Of a DNA stretch of 33,591 nucleotides, positions 8,756 to 16,647 are shown in pieces. Every line of letters starts with the position of its first letter. Position 1 is the stretch's first letter. A model generated the notes under the pieces. It searched no databases and was not told where the DNA came from. It saw nothing but the letters and a program-made list of their open reading frames with translations. The stretch comes from a virus (lineage: Duplodnaviria > Caudoviricetes): positions 1-33,591 of the IMG/VR virus record IMGVR_UViG_3300022867_000039; one strand, 5' to 3'. Position numbers and translations under genes: made by a program.

Positions 8756-10919
8756 TTAATCCTTTTACTTGTTGTTGAAACATATTAGTTGATTTTTGTG
8801 CTTGGTCAAGGATTTTACTTTGTTCTGAAAATACTATCTTTTCCATCTCTGCATCTGCTTTAATTTTTGCACTATCTAATTGAGTATTATATTTCAAAGA
8901 CATTTCTTTCATTTTAGCTTCAAAATCTAGCATTAATTTTTTATTATCTTGCTCTAACTCTTTATATTTAATTTCAATATCTGCCATTTTTCTTTTATTT
9001 TCAGCATCAATTCTAGTAAATTCAATTTTTTCAATTGGAGATGGCTCAGGTGGTTGTGGTGGTGGCATCATTTGTTTACCCACATCTGGATTAACAAAGT
9101 AAGTATCTACATTTTTAAGTCCAGCGTTTTCAACCATCTTCGTTAAAGTATTATATATATTTTTAAGACTCACCATTGGTAATTCTCTACCTCCTTGCAA
9201 TTGGAAGGCTTGAATTTGTCTTTCTAAAATAGAATTTAACATTATAGTTTGTTGTTCTTTAGAACCAGTTCCTAATCCTACAACAATTGATATATTGAAT
9301 CTATCTTTCCACTCAGTAGGTCTAACTGGAATGTATTGGTTACTCATCATAATAATTTTTTCTTTATCTTGATACTTAACCATTAGTTCAAATATTTTTT
9401 TAAATAATTCTTTAACACCTGTCTCTGCAAAGACTCTAGCAATCAATTCTGATCTCATTTGAGTTTGCGTCATCAAAGCATTTACACCAGTTGCAGTTTT
9501 AGCATTTAATGTATCAGGACTTAAACCTTGAGCTTCTTTTGAAACACCAGTTCTACCTTCTCTAACTGAATCTAAATAACTTAATAAAGGAAAAGCTTGT
9601 TGTGAAATTGGTTGAGCTTGTAGGGGTTGTAAAACTTGGTTAGGTGGTTGTTTAGTTCTAACGATTCCACCAGGTCTAGTCGTAAGTAGGTCATCCATAT
9701 TAACCATACCATCCATGATTGCAACTCTGTTGTTATTTGTTAAATACATATTGTCTAACAACTGTCGCATCACAGTAGATTTCATTAATTGAACATCTTC
9801 AACTAATTCTGAAATTGATCTGCCATAAAATCTGTGTGGCATAGGAATAGGAGTTACTGTAACAAAAGGTGCATTATCACAAGGTGTATTAGATAGGATA
9901 TTAGAACCTTGATCTCCAGCTGCTACAACTTTTCTTAACTCTGCAATACCATCACCATCATAATCATATTTTATATAACACTCATAAACTAAAACTTTTT
10001 CTGTTGAACTATCTGTTGAAGTGCTAGTTGGATAATCGTCTATATCTCTCATCCTTACAACTTGCTCAGTATTGAAAACATCTAAACTTGATTTTGGTAA
10101 TTCATCAACTTCATCTTGTGAGTAACCCATCGAAACTAAATCTGATCTTGTCATTAAAACTTTATGAGCTACAAAATTTGCATCATCAATCGTCTTAGCA
10201 TTTCTTTCAATTAAAAATTCTTCTGGCGGAACACTTTCAATTTTTACTTTACCTGTTTTTTTAATTCTTTTAATTTTACAATTATATAAATCAAAATTAG
10301 GTTCTTGAACTTGGCTTGTGTCCATACCTTGTAATTTATATTGTTCTAAAGTTGCTTCAAATTGTTCTCTAGCATCTTCATCTTCAAAAACTTCTTCTTC
10401 AACAAATTCTATTTCGTCTTTAGTATTTTCTAAATCTTCTTTTTCTTGAGGTGATAGGTTTTCGTAAGTTTCGTATTCAACTTTTTCAGAGTCGTCCCAA
10501 TAAATTTTTAGGAAACCATTTTTTTCTATTAGAGCATCTTTAAAAAAATTATATAATAATTGGAAACCATTATTTTCTTTGTAGAATACATGATTTAAAT
10601 AAGCTGTCGCTTGGTCTGCCATAGGAACATCTTCACCAGTCATAGGTTCGCAACGAACAACATTATCGGAAGCTGTGAATACTCTTAATAGATTTGGTAA
10701 TAGACTTTCAATCGTATCAGATACATCTGTACTTACTACTTGTGAACGACCATCTATTTCCGTTCCAAGTTTATCGCCTAAATAATATTCTAAAGATTTT
10801 CTTCTTTGCTCTGAAAGCTGTCCACCTAAATAACCTAATCCATTTGTGATCTGGTTGCTTATTAAACTTTTTAATTCTATATCTGATTTTTCTTTTTGAT
10901 CTTTATTTTTTTTTGCCAT
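8679..10919 (-). CDS. Portal protein
   Basis: 746 aa; GRSQVVSTDV, P.PHRFYGRS and long C-terminal coiled-coil barrel as in podovirus portals; follows TerL. Confidence 0.9.
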   Translation of the reverse strand: MAKKNKDQKEKSDIELKSLISNQITNGLGYLGGQLSEQRRKSLEYYLGDKLGTEIDGRSQVVSTDVSDTIESLLPNLLRVFTASDNVVRCEPMTGEDVPMADQATAYLNHVFYKENNGFQLLYNFFKDALIEKNGFLKIYWDDSEKVEYETYENLSPQEKEDLENTKDEIEFVEEEVFEDEDAREQFEATLEQYKLQGMDTSQVQEPNFDLYNCKIKRIKKTGKVKIESVPPEEFLIERNAKTIDDANFVAHKVLMTRSDLVSMGYSQDEVDELPKSSLDVFNTEQVVRMRDIDDYPTSTSTDSSTEKVLVYECYIKYDYDGDGIAELRKVVAAGDQGSNILSNTPCDNAPFVTVTPIPMPHRFYGRSISELVEDVQLMKSTVMRQLLDNMYLTNNNRVAIMDGMVNMDDLLTTRPGGIVRTKQPPNQVLQPLQAQPISQQAFPLLSYLDSVREGRTGVSKEAQGLSPDTLNAKTATGVNALMTQTQMRSELIARVFAETGVKELFKKIFELMVKYQDKEKIIMMSNQYIPVRPTEWKDRFNISIVVGLGTGSKEQQTIMLNSILERQIQAFQLQGGRELPMVSLKNIYNTLTKMVENAGLKNVDTYFVNPDVGKQMMPPPQPPEPSPIEKIEFTRIDAENKRKMADIEIKYKELEQDNKKLMLDFEAKMKEMSLKYNTQLDSAKIKADAEMEKIVFSEQSKILDQAQKSTNMFQQQVKGLNGNERPDGQSGGSEPIERSETNIGE

Positions 10920-10920
10920 A

Positions 10921-12192
10921 TTAAACTATATAATTTGTATTAATTCTTATCGGCTTTTTCCAATCCGATCTTTCTATAGGTTCTGTAACAGCACCATATC
11001 TTATCGAATCACAAAAGTGAGATGCCCAATTGTGTAGAGGTTTATTTCTAAAGCAATTATTTTTTTCATCCCAACGTTTACAATATGACTTTAACGCTTC
11101 TACAAGCTTATTGCAATTGTTTTTATGAAAGTAGCATTTAGGCAACATTCTTCTAACTTGTTCAATACCGTCTTCTACACTAAGTTTGGGTGCTATGTCA
11201 AATTCTAGTCCTAATTCTTTTGCTGTTTCCCATCTTGATTTATTAGTGCCAATCTCCCTAACTCTAATATCATGGGGTGCAATATGTTTTGAATATTTGT
11301 AAGGTTTACTATCTATGATATTAATGTAGTGTTCTAAACCCTCTCCTGAGTTCTCATAGCAATCAATAATTCTAATTTCGCCACTAGGTCTTCGTTGAGC
11401 AAAGGTTATTACGGTACTGTCATTCATTCCTAAGTCCCACCAGGTTTCAACTTCCAAATCATCCTCTATATCAAAATTAGTAATATTGCCTTTCTTCTCT
11501 AATTCTTCAATCGTAGATCCAAAGTAAGAACCACTTATTCCAGCTTGGAAAGAACACTCAAATTCCTGAGCATAACTTTCTGGAGACATAGTTTGTTTCG
11601 CAGCGTCTAGTTCGTCTTGAGCTATAATCTTAGTCTCTGAAGCTTTGAAAACAGCTGTGAACCAGTCTTTGTTTGATTTTGCTTTCTCATGTAATTCATA
11701 GAACCAATTTCTTCCCATTGGAGTACCAATAAATATTGCAAAACCTTTTCTGTCGGAGAGGCATGGTCTTAAAACAGTATCAAAAAGGTCTGGCGAAAGA
11801 TTCTGAGTTTCATCACAAACTATACCATCAAAGTATTGACCTCTTATGGCAGCACTATTCTCACCACCTAATATCTGTATTCTGGAATTGTTAATTGGAA
11901 AGTCAACTCTTAATTCTGACTCATTAAACTTAACTCCTGGAATTGTGGCAGAAAATTGTTTCATATAGTCCCAAGCTGTACTTTTGCCTTGCAGACGGAA
12001 TGGAGAGATGAAAGCGTATCTAGGATAGGGTTTACTGGACGTTAGAGCCGCTCTGATTAGGTGGTTGATAGCAAACACAGTCTTACCCCCCCTTCGATGA
12101 ACGATGACTACGTTAAAACGGTTTGTGTCGCATTTTTCATGCAAAAAATTTTGGATTTCTCTTGGTGCGTATGGAATTACTATTTGTTTCAT
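10921..12192 (-). CDS. terL: Terminase large subunit
   Basis: Walker A HRRGGKT, Walker B GIVCDE, IGTP coupling motif, nuclease WDLG...D, C-terminal SH..D..RY. Confidence 0.95.
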   Translation of the reverse strand: MKQIVIPYAPREIQNFLHEKCDTNRFNVVIVHRRGGKTVFAINHLIRAALTSSKPYPRYAFISPFRLQGKSTAWDYMKQFSATIPGVKFNESELRVDFPINNSRIQILGGENSAAIRGQYFDGIVCDETQNLSPDLFDTVLRPCLSDRKGFAIFIGTPMGRNWFYELHEKAKSNKDWFTAVFKASETKIIAQDELDAAKQTMSPESYAQEFECSFQAGISGSYFGSTIEELEKKGNITNFDIEDDLEVETWWDLGMNDSTVITFAQRRPSGEIRIIDCYENSGEGLEHYINIIDSKPYKYSKHIAPHDIRVREIGTNKSRWETAKELGLEFDIAPKLSVEDGIEQVRRMLPKCYFHKNNCNKLVEALKSYCKRWDEKNNCFRNKPLHNWASHFCDSIRYGAVTEPIERSDWKKPIRINTNYIV

Positions 12193-12212
12193 ATTTTAAA
12201 AAGCACCCCCCC

Positions 12213-12398
12213 CTAATGTAAAGTTTTGTTTTGATTTAAAAAATCTTCTTCCAGGACAAACTGTTCTTTAATAAACAATGAAAAGTCTTCAGCATCAGCT
12301 TTATCCCTGAACCCTTCAAAGTGAGTAATGACTATTGGTTTTTTTGTAGTCTTATTTTTGACTATAAAGATTGTTGTTTTTAAGAATTTATCATCCAT
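12213..12398 (-). CDS. Hypothetical protein
   Basis: 61-aa ORF co-oriented with, and just upstream of, terL. Confidence 0.6.
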   Translation of the reverse strand: MDDKFLKTTIFIVKNKTTKKPIVITHFEGFRDKADAEDFSLFIKEQFVLEEDFLNQNKTLH

Positions 12399-12472
12399 GT
12401 GTATATGCCTTGTATCGATATTATTTTAAGAGGTAACTCTAAAAATGGGTATAGCCAATTTAAACCCCCCCA

Positions 12473-12489
12473 TGTTCGCTATTTGTTCT
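12473..12489. promoter_or_regulatory. Alphaproteobacterial LexA (SOS) box
   Basis: TGTTC-GCTATT-TGTTCT, an exact GTTC-N7-GTTC, in non-coding DNA upstream of the 61-aa/terL genes. Confidence 0.6.
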
Positions 12490-12663
12490 TCATAATCCCT
12501 TACATTATTACTAGTGATAATTTAAGATTATCAATAGTAATAATTAATGCTTTTATATTTCTTTCATATTGGCTAGGTTTTAACTTCGTATGTAATATTT
12601 GTAAATTTTATGTGTAAATTATAAATCATTCCTATATATATAAATACTTCTAGTCCATAATAC

Positions 12664-12711
12664 TGTGACATATTTATCACACTTAACTGTATTTGTGACA
12701 TATTTGTCACT
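12664..12711. repeat. Tandem pair of 18-bp palindromic sites, 30 bp apart
   Basis: TGTGACATATTTATCACA (12664-12681) and TGTGACATATTTGTCACT (12694-12711). Confidence 0.8.
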
Positions 12712-13138
12712 ATGGTTTACTCCAACTGATGGTTAATGGTTGATTCTTCTCTGAGTTAATGCTTAAAACCTCTGCACTTTTGCCGTATCTTTTAGCGTTT
12801 AGTTTACTTGCAGACCATTGAGAACTAGCAACGATTATTTTATATAAGTTAACCAAGTTTTGAGCTGCCTTTGGATCTAATTCTCCTGATTCTATTTTAA
12901 TTTCTAGTTCTTTTCTTTTGTCTTCCAGCTCTGAAAGTCTTAGATCAACTGCCAATTCCTTTGCTTTGATGTATCTATCCATTAAAATATTATCTTTAAT
13001 TAAATAGTTTCTAAAAGATTGCCATGTAAAATCTACATCATCTCTACTAAACACTTCTCTAATGGTTAAACCATCAGCAATAAGATTTAAAAGCTTATCA
13101 AATAGTTTTTCTGTTAATTTCTTTTTTCTTCCTGCCAT
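12710..13138 (-). CDS. terS: Terminase small subunit
   Basis: 142 aa; LIADGLTIRE HTH-like start and W.ASKL.AK.YG end as in Sf6/P22-like TerS; upstream of terL. Confidence 0.75.
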   Translation of the reverse strand: MAGRKKKLTEKLFDKLLNLIADGLTIREVFSRDDVDFTWQSFRNYLIKDNILMDRYIKAKELAVDLRLSELEDKRKELEIKIESGELDPKAAQNLVNLYKIIVASSQWSASKLNAKRYGKSAEVLSINSEKNQPLTISWSKP

Positions 13139-13181
13139 GTTAATTTCTTTACTTTAGTAAAGCCATAATAATATTTATAGG

Positions 13182-13275
13182 GTTACCGGTAGAGATAGAA
13201 AGGAAAGGGAAAACTCCACCGGCAACAGTTATATAACTAATAGACCAAAGCTTAAGGGAGCTAGTAGCCTAGAAT
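13182..13275 (-). ncRNA. Putative structured leader/sRNA with two hairpins bearing C/U-rich loops
   Basis: 13-bp stem GTTGCCGGTGGAG/CTCTACCGGTAAC (two G-U pairs, valid only on the minus strand) with loop TTTTCCCTTTCCTTTCTAT. Second stem TAGGCTA..AGCT-CCCTTA-AGCT.TGGTCTA. TATAAT at 13292-13287 just upstream. Confidence 0.55.
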
Positions 13276-13299
13276 TTACTTAACACATTATATGGTATA

Positions 13300-13581
13300 T
13301 TACAAATCAAAAGGCTTTTTTTTAGGCTTAAAACTTCTAGTTGTTAGTGTAATAGGATTTTTCTTTATTTTACCTTTAAAAAGTAAATCATCAATTATAG
13401 TTTGGCAGGTGTAACTACCGTATAATCCATCATTTATAATTAGATACATTTGCTCAAATGAAAGCATTCCATTTTCAAAGTCTGATTGAATGTATTTATT
13501 AATTTCAATCTTCTCTGCCAGGCTATAGCTATTATTATAACTCTTTTGTAATGGTTTATTATTATAAAGATACTCAGTCAT
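13300..13581 (-). CDS. Hypothetical protein, possible replication accessory
   Basis: 93 aa, coupled to the initiator gene; function inferred from position only. Confidence 0.6.
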   Translation of the reverse strand: MTEYLYNNKPLQKSYNNSYSLAEKIEINKYIQSDFENGMLSFEQMYLIINDGLYGSYTCQTIIDDLLFKGKIKKNPITLTTRSFKPKKKPFDL

Positions 13582-13987
13582 CCTTAAAGCCTTTTAACTT
13601 TTTAAATCCTTTATTATTATTGTTATTACTATTATTGTTATTACTCTTATAATGGTACCCAAATTTTACGTAGTCTGATTGCGTAGATTTTGGGTAGTCA
13701 GGGTACGTAGATTTTGGGTAGTCTCTAGGTAATTTCAAGGTATATCTGTTCGCACTTGATAACCTCTGTATAACTATATATCCAATATCTGAGAGCTCTT
13801 TTTTTGCCTTTTGAAGTGTATTTATTGAGATTCCAAGCTTAAGACATAAATTAGAGTTTCTAAGGTTCCTATAATTAGCCGATAAGCTTTTTATGTAACA
13901 AAATAAGACTTTAGCGTCATTTGATACCCTATTATCATAAAACAGAGCATTTGGGATCATAACAAACCCTTTTTTTAATTTATTCAT
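13574..13987 (-). CDS. Replication initiator-like winged-HTH protein
   Basis: F.MIPN...D..VS..AK.L...I...L...LGIS.NT..K..KEL...GYI pattern of phage replisome-organiser HTH domains; contains iteron-like repeats. Confidence 0.7.
   Translation of the reverse strand: MNKLKKGFVMIPNALFYDNRVSNDAKVLFCYIKSLSANYRNLRNSNLCLKLGISINTLQKAKKELSDIGYIVIQRLSSANRYTLKLPRDYPKSTYPDYPKSTQSDYVKFGYHYKSNNNNSNNNNNKGFKKLKGFKDD
13600..13723. other. Putative origin of replication: three 24-bp-spaced iterons plus an AT-rich tract
   Basis: CGTAGATTTTGGGTAGTC at 13682 and 13706, CCCAAATTTTACGTAGTC at 13658; adjacent (TTA/TTG)n tract at ~13611-13650. Confidence 0.7.
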
Positions 13988-14017
13988 ATTCCTTTATTTC
14001 CTTCCTTGCTAGACCTC

Positions 14018-14045
14018 CTTATATACCCAAATTTTGTGTAGTCAA
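14018..14045 (-). promoter_or_regulatory. Leftward sigma70-like promoter of the initiator gene, containing an iteron
   Basis: TTGACT-16 bp-TATAAG; the spacer overlaps TACCCAAATTTTGTGTAGTC (14024-14043). Confidence 0.6.
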
Positions 14046-14048
14046 TAA

Positions 14049-14065
14049 AGAACATTCAGTGAACA
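14049..14065. promoter_or_regulatory. Alphaproteobacterial LexA (SOS) box between the divergent promoters
   Basis: AGAACA-TTCAGT-GAACA, an exact GAAC-N7-GAAC. Confidence 0.6.
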
Positions 14066-14095
14066 AATTAATTTAATTATTTATTGTTTTAATGC

Positions 14096-14124
14096 TTGAC
14101 AGTATAGAACGTATATAATACAAG
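14096..14124 (+). promoter_or_regulatory. Rightward early promoter
   Basis: TTGACA-17 bp-TACAAG (alternatively TATAAT at 12 bp) at the head of the plus-strand arm. Confidence 0.6.
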
Positions 14125-14130
14125 AATAGT

Positions 14131-14421
14131 ATGTTTAAAACAAATCAAACAAAGGAAAAAAACATGAGTAGTGTATATGACGACTTCGGCAATTTAAAAA
14201 ACAATTGCTTAACAGTTACACCAACAAGTGAACCGATAAATATTAGAGGTTCAAGAAGTGATTCCAACTGGTGCATTGAAGCAGTAGGACATGACTTAAA
14301 AAATAATATTAATTTTAATGCAAATTGTGTTTTCTGGACAAAAAAAGAGGCATTAAGTTTTTTAAAAACTGGTGTTCATAATTGTTCAGTTACTAAGCAA
14401 ACATTATATCAAATCAAATAA
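14131..14421 (+). CDS. Early hypothetical protein (true start possibly 14164)
   Basis: AAAGGAAA RBS precedes ATG at 14164 (MSSVYDDFG). Confidence 0.65.
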   Translation: MFKTNQTKEKNMSSVYDDFGNLKNNCLTVTPTSEPINIRGSRSDSNWCIEAVGHDLKNNINFNANCVFWTKKEALSFLKTGVHNCSVTKQTLYQIK

Positions 14422-14435
14422 AGGAAAGAAAAACA

Positions 14436-14876
14436 ATGATTACAACAAACAACGAAAGAAACATAATAGGCAATAAATATGAACAATTTAAAAGCATGGA
14501 TATTAAAGAAATAGCCAAATTTATAAGAAACGATTTAAAACAATTTAAAGATTGTAAATTTTCAGTATCTATTCAAAGATATTCTGGCGGTCGTTCAGTT
14601 CATGTTAAATTAATGAGTTCAACAAATTTAAAAAGATTTGTAAATATTAAATATGATAGTACGCAAGAAACAAGATTTAATTTTTCAAAAGATTTTAAGG
14701 AAAAAGTTGAATCTATTATAAATCAATATAATTATGATAAGTCAGATCCCATGACAGATTATTTTAACGTAAATTTTTATAGTCATTTTAATATTGATTA
14801 TAATTTTCAAAAATTAATTGAAGATAAAATTACAGATACAATTGACTCTGTAACTTATTTTACAAAAATTAATTAA
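14436..14876 (+). CDS. LPD29-like (large polyvalent protein-associated domain) early protein
   Basis: IAK.IR..LK...KFSV....YSGG.S ... YNYD.SD.MTDYF motif, recalled as LPD29. Confidence 0.6.
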   Translation: MITTNNERNIIGNKYEQFKSMDIKEIAKFIRNDLKQFKDCKFSVSIQRYSGGRSVHVKLMSSTNLKRFVNIKYDSTQETRFNFSKDFKEKVESIINQYNYDKSDPMTDYFNVNFYSHFNIDYNFQKLIEDKITDTIDSVTYFTKIN

Positions 14877-14881
14877 TAAAA

Positions 14882-14914
14882 CTTTAAAGGGTGCATTAAT
14901 TTGCACCTTTTAGA
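14882..14914 (+). terminator. 14-bp hairpin after the LPD29-like gene
   Basis: CTTTAAAGGGTGCA-TTAAT-TTGCACCTTTTAGAG followed by ATTTATTT. Confidence 0.6.
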
Positions 14915-14957
14915 GATTTATTTAATAATAGATCATAACCAATAGAAAGGGTAAAAC

Positions 14958-15239
14958 ATGACTACAATAAGCAACGATACAAAAGAAACTTTAATAAATA
15001 AAGCTTCTCAAATCTTAGCAAACAAAGAAATAGGTTTTTCAAATGAACAAATAGAAACTTTAAAAAAATCTTATGAAGATTTAAGAGGTAAAAAAATATC
15101 ATTTGAAAAAGGAACTGCTTTGTCAAAATTATTAGATAAACAGAATTTAACCAAAACACAATTAAAGCAATTAGTAGATGCAAAAATTCCTTTTGTATCT
15201 GGTTTGGCTTTAAATAAATTAATTAAGAAAGGAAAATAA
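14958..15239 (+). CDS. Early hypothetical protein
   Basis: 93 aa, GAAAGGG RBS, TAATG coupling to the next gene. Confidence 0.7.
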   Translation: MTTISNDTKETLINKASQILANKEIGFSNEQIETLKKSYEDLRGKKISFEKGTALSKLLDKQNLTKTQLKQLVDAKIPFVSGLALNKLIKKGK

Positions 15240-15430
15240 TGATAATATTAAAGAAAAATGGAGATTTTAAAGAAATGGGAGAGCCAAGAAAAGAAACTCA
15301 ATTTTGGTTATTCTTTGAAAAGGGAAAAGTACCAAAGTATGGTTTGGCAAGAACTGAATCGGCTTTAAAACAATTTAGGGATTTATTAACTTTTAATAAA
15401 TATAAACCAATCAATAATACAATTAACTAG
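15239..15430 (+). CDS. Early hypothetical protein
   Basis: 63 aa, GAAAGGAAA RBS. Confidence 0.6.
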   Translation: MIILKKNGDFKEMGEPRKETQFWLFFEKGKVPKYGLARTESALKQFRDLLTFNKYKPINNTIN

Positions 15431-15442
15431 AAAAAGGAATAT

Positions 15443-15550
15443 ATGAAAAAAGCAATATACTACGTTCTAGGGTTCGCATTTTCTGTAATGGTATTTGTAA
15501 CCTTAATAATGATGATGTTACACCAATGGGCAACTCATGGGGGAATCTAA
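15443..15550 (+). CDS. Small single-pass membrane peptide (35 aa)
   Basis: MKKAIYYVLGFAFSVMVFVTLIMMMLHQWATHGGI with AAAGGAA RBS. Confidence 0.6.
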   Translation: MKKAIYYVLGFAFSVMVFVTLIMMMLHQWATHGGI

Positions 15551-15553
15551 ATA

Positions 15554-15730
15554 ATGAAATATTATATTAAATATAAATATTGGAATACAAAAACAGACAA
15601 AATAGAAATTATTAAACATGAGTTTGAAAGGTCTTTTAATGATTTAAAGGATTTATTTGATTTCATAGATGATTTTAAATCTTCTAATTGTATTTATAGA
15701 GATCAAGTAATAAAAATTGATAAGATATAA
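15554..15730 (+). CDS. Small hypothetical protein (58 aa)
   Basis: Hand translation MKLYIKYKYWNTKTDK...; tiles the early operon. Confidence 0.55.
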   Translation: MKYYIKYKYWNTKTDKIEIIKHEFERSFNDLKDLFDFIDDFKSSNCIYRDQVIKIDKI

Positions 15731-15805
15731 ACATGAAAGCAATATTAAAAAAACTGTTTAAATTAATCAAAGAATGTTTAGGCATAGAAAGAGAAAGGGA
15801 TAATA

Positions 15806-15985
15806 ATGAAAATAATTAATAGAGGGTTAACTGTTGACATAGTAACCAATGAAATAGAAGTAATAGATAGAATGTTAATAATGTTTCATAAGGCTATGGA
15901 CAATGCAACCAATCCACAATTCAAAGAGCTCTGGAGTAAAAAATATGAAAAAGCAAAAGATTACAAAAACAAAAACACTTATTAA
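15806..15985 (+). CDS. Small hypothetical protein (59 aa)
   Basis: MKIINRGLTVDIV... with GAAAGGGA RBS. Confidence 0.55.
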   Translation: MKIINRGLTVDIVTNEIEVIDRMLIMFHKAMDNATNPQFKELWSKKYEKAKDYKNKNTY

Positions 15986-16115
15986 ATTAATGGAGGAAAC
16001 ATTGGTTAATGTTTTAATAGGTTCTGAAGCTATGAATGGGGTTACCTATAACAAGTATAAAAACTTTAAAAAGGAGGGGAAAAAATGCTTGAAGCAATCA
16101 TTATTATTGAATTAA
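15903..16115 (+). CDS. Small hypothetical protein (true start likely internal MKKQK)
   Basis: GGAG precedes the second Met. Confidence 0.5.
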   Translation: MQPIHNSKSSGVKNMKKQKITKTKTLIKLMEETLVNVLIGSEAMNGVTYNKYKNFKKEGKKCLKQSLLLN

Positions 16116-16148
16116 CATTAATAATATTTTACCACTTAACTAATTAAT

Positions 16149-16424
16149 ATGGATATTTCATTATTAAAAATAACAAAGATGAAAAAATTTGTTAAATGGA
16201 TGGAAGTAAGAAACGTTCATATAGGGTTATGGGATATATATAATCCTTTAGGTAAAATATATCAAGGTTTAGAACGTAGGCAAAAAATAGCAAGTGAAAG
16301 AGATAGCTTTGTAAGTAAAAGAAGGAAAACCAGAAAGAGTTGGTCAAATGCTTTTACAAGATATGGTCGATTAGAAAAAACTCTTGATGTTTATGGCTTT
16401 GTACTTAGGAGATTAAAAAAATAA
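16149..16424 (+). CDS. Hypothetical basic protein
   Basis: 91-aa ORF in the early operon. Confidence 0.55.
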   Translation: MDISLLKITKMKKFVKWMEVRNVHIGLWDIYNPLGKIYQGLERRQKIASERDSFVSKRRKTRKSWSNAFTRYGRLEKTLDVYGFVLRRLKK

Positions 16425-16439
16425 CCAAAAAGGATAAAA

Positions 16440-16646
16440 ATGAATAATATTAAAAATTGGAGTTTACTTAATAATAAGGATAAAAAATATTGGATTAATA
16501 TTTATTCTAAATTAAATAAAAACGATTTTATTCCAAAAGAATATATGAGACCATTGAAAGGTATTAAAAATCTTATAGATCATCAAATAAAAACAGGTAA
16601 AACATTATTTGAAAATGGAAATGGGATTACAAAAGATTTTTTTTAA
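16440..16646 (+). CDS. Hypothetical protein
   Basis: 68 aa, AAAGGA RBS. Confidence 0.6.
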   Translation: MNNIKNWSLLNNKDKKYWINIYSKLNKNDFIPKEYMRPLKGIKNLIDHQIKTGKTLFENGNGITKDFF

Positions 16647-16647
16647 T

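Noticed and set aside
12515-12533. XerCD dif-like site, and CRP/FNR box at 12664
   Set aside because: ATAA/TTAT spacing is 7 not 6 and the arms do not match dif; the TGTGA/TCACA spacing is 8 not 6.
12399-12617. 72-aa plus-strand ORF
   Set aside because: Opposite to operon direction, no RBS, overlaps regulatory motifs.
13287-13310. RpoH (sigma32) promoter
   Set aside because: The TTG-to-CCATAT distance is too short for the known consensus.
14962-15183. 73-aa minus-strand ORF
   Set aside because: Antisense to a well-supported plus-strand gene.
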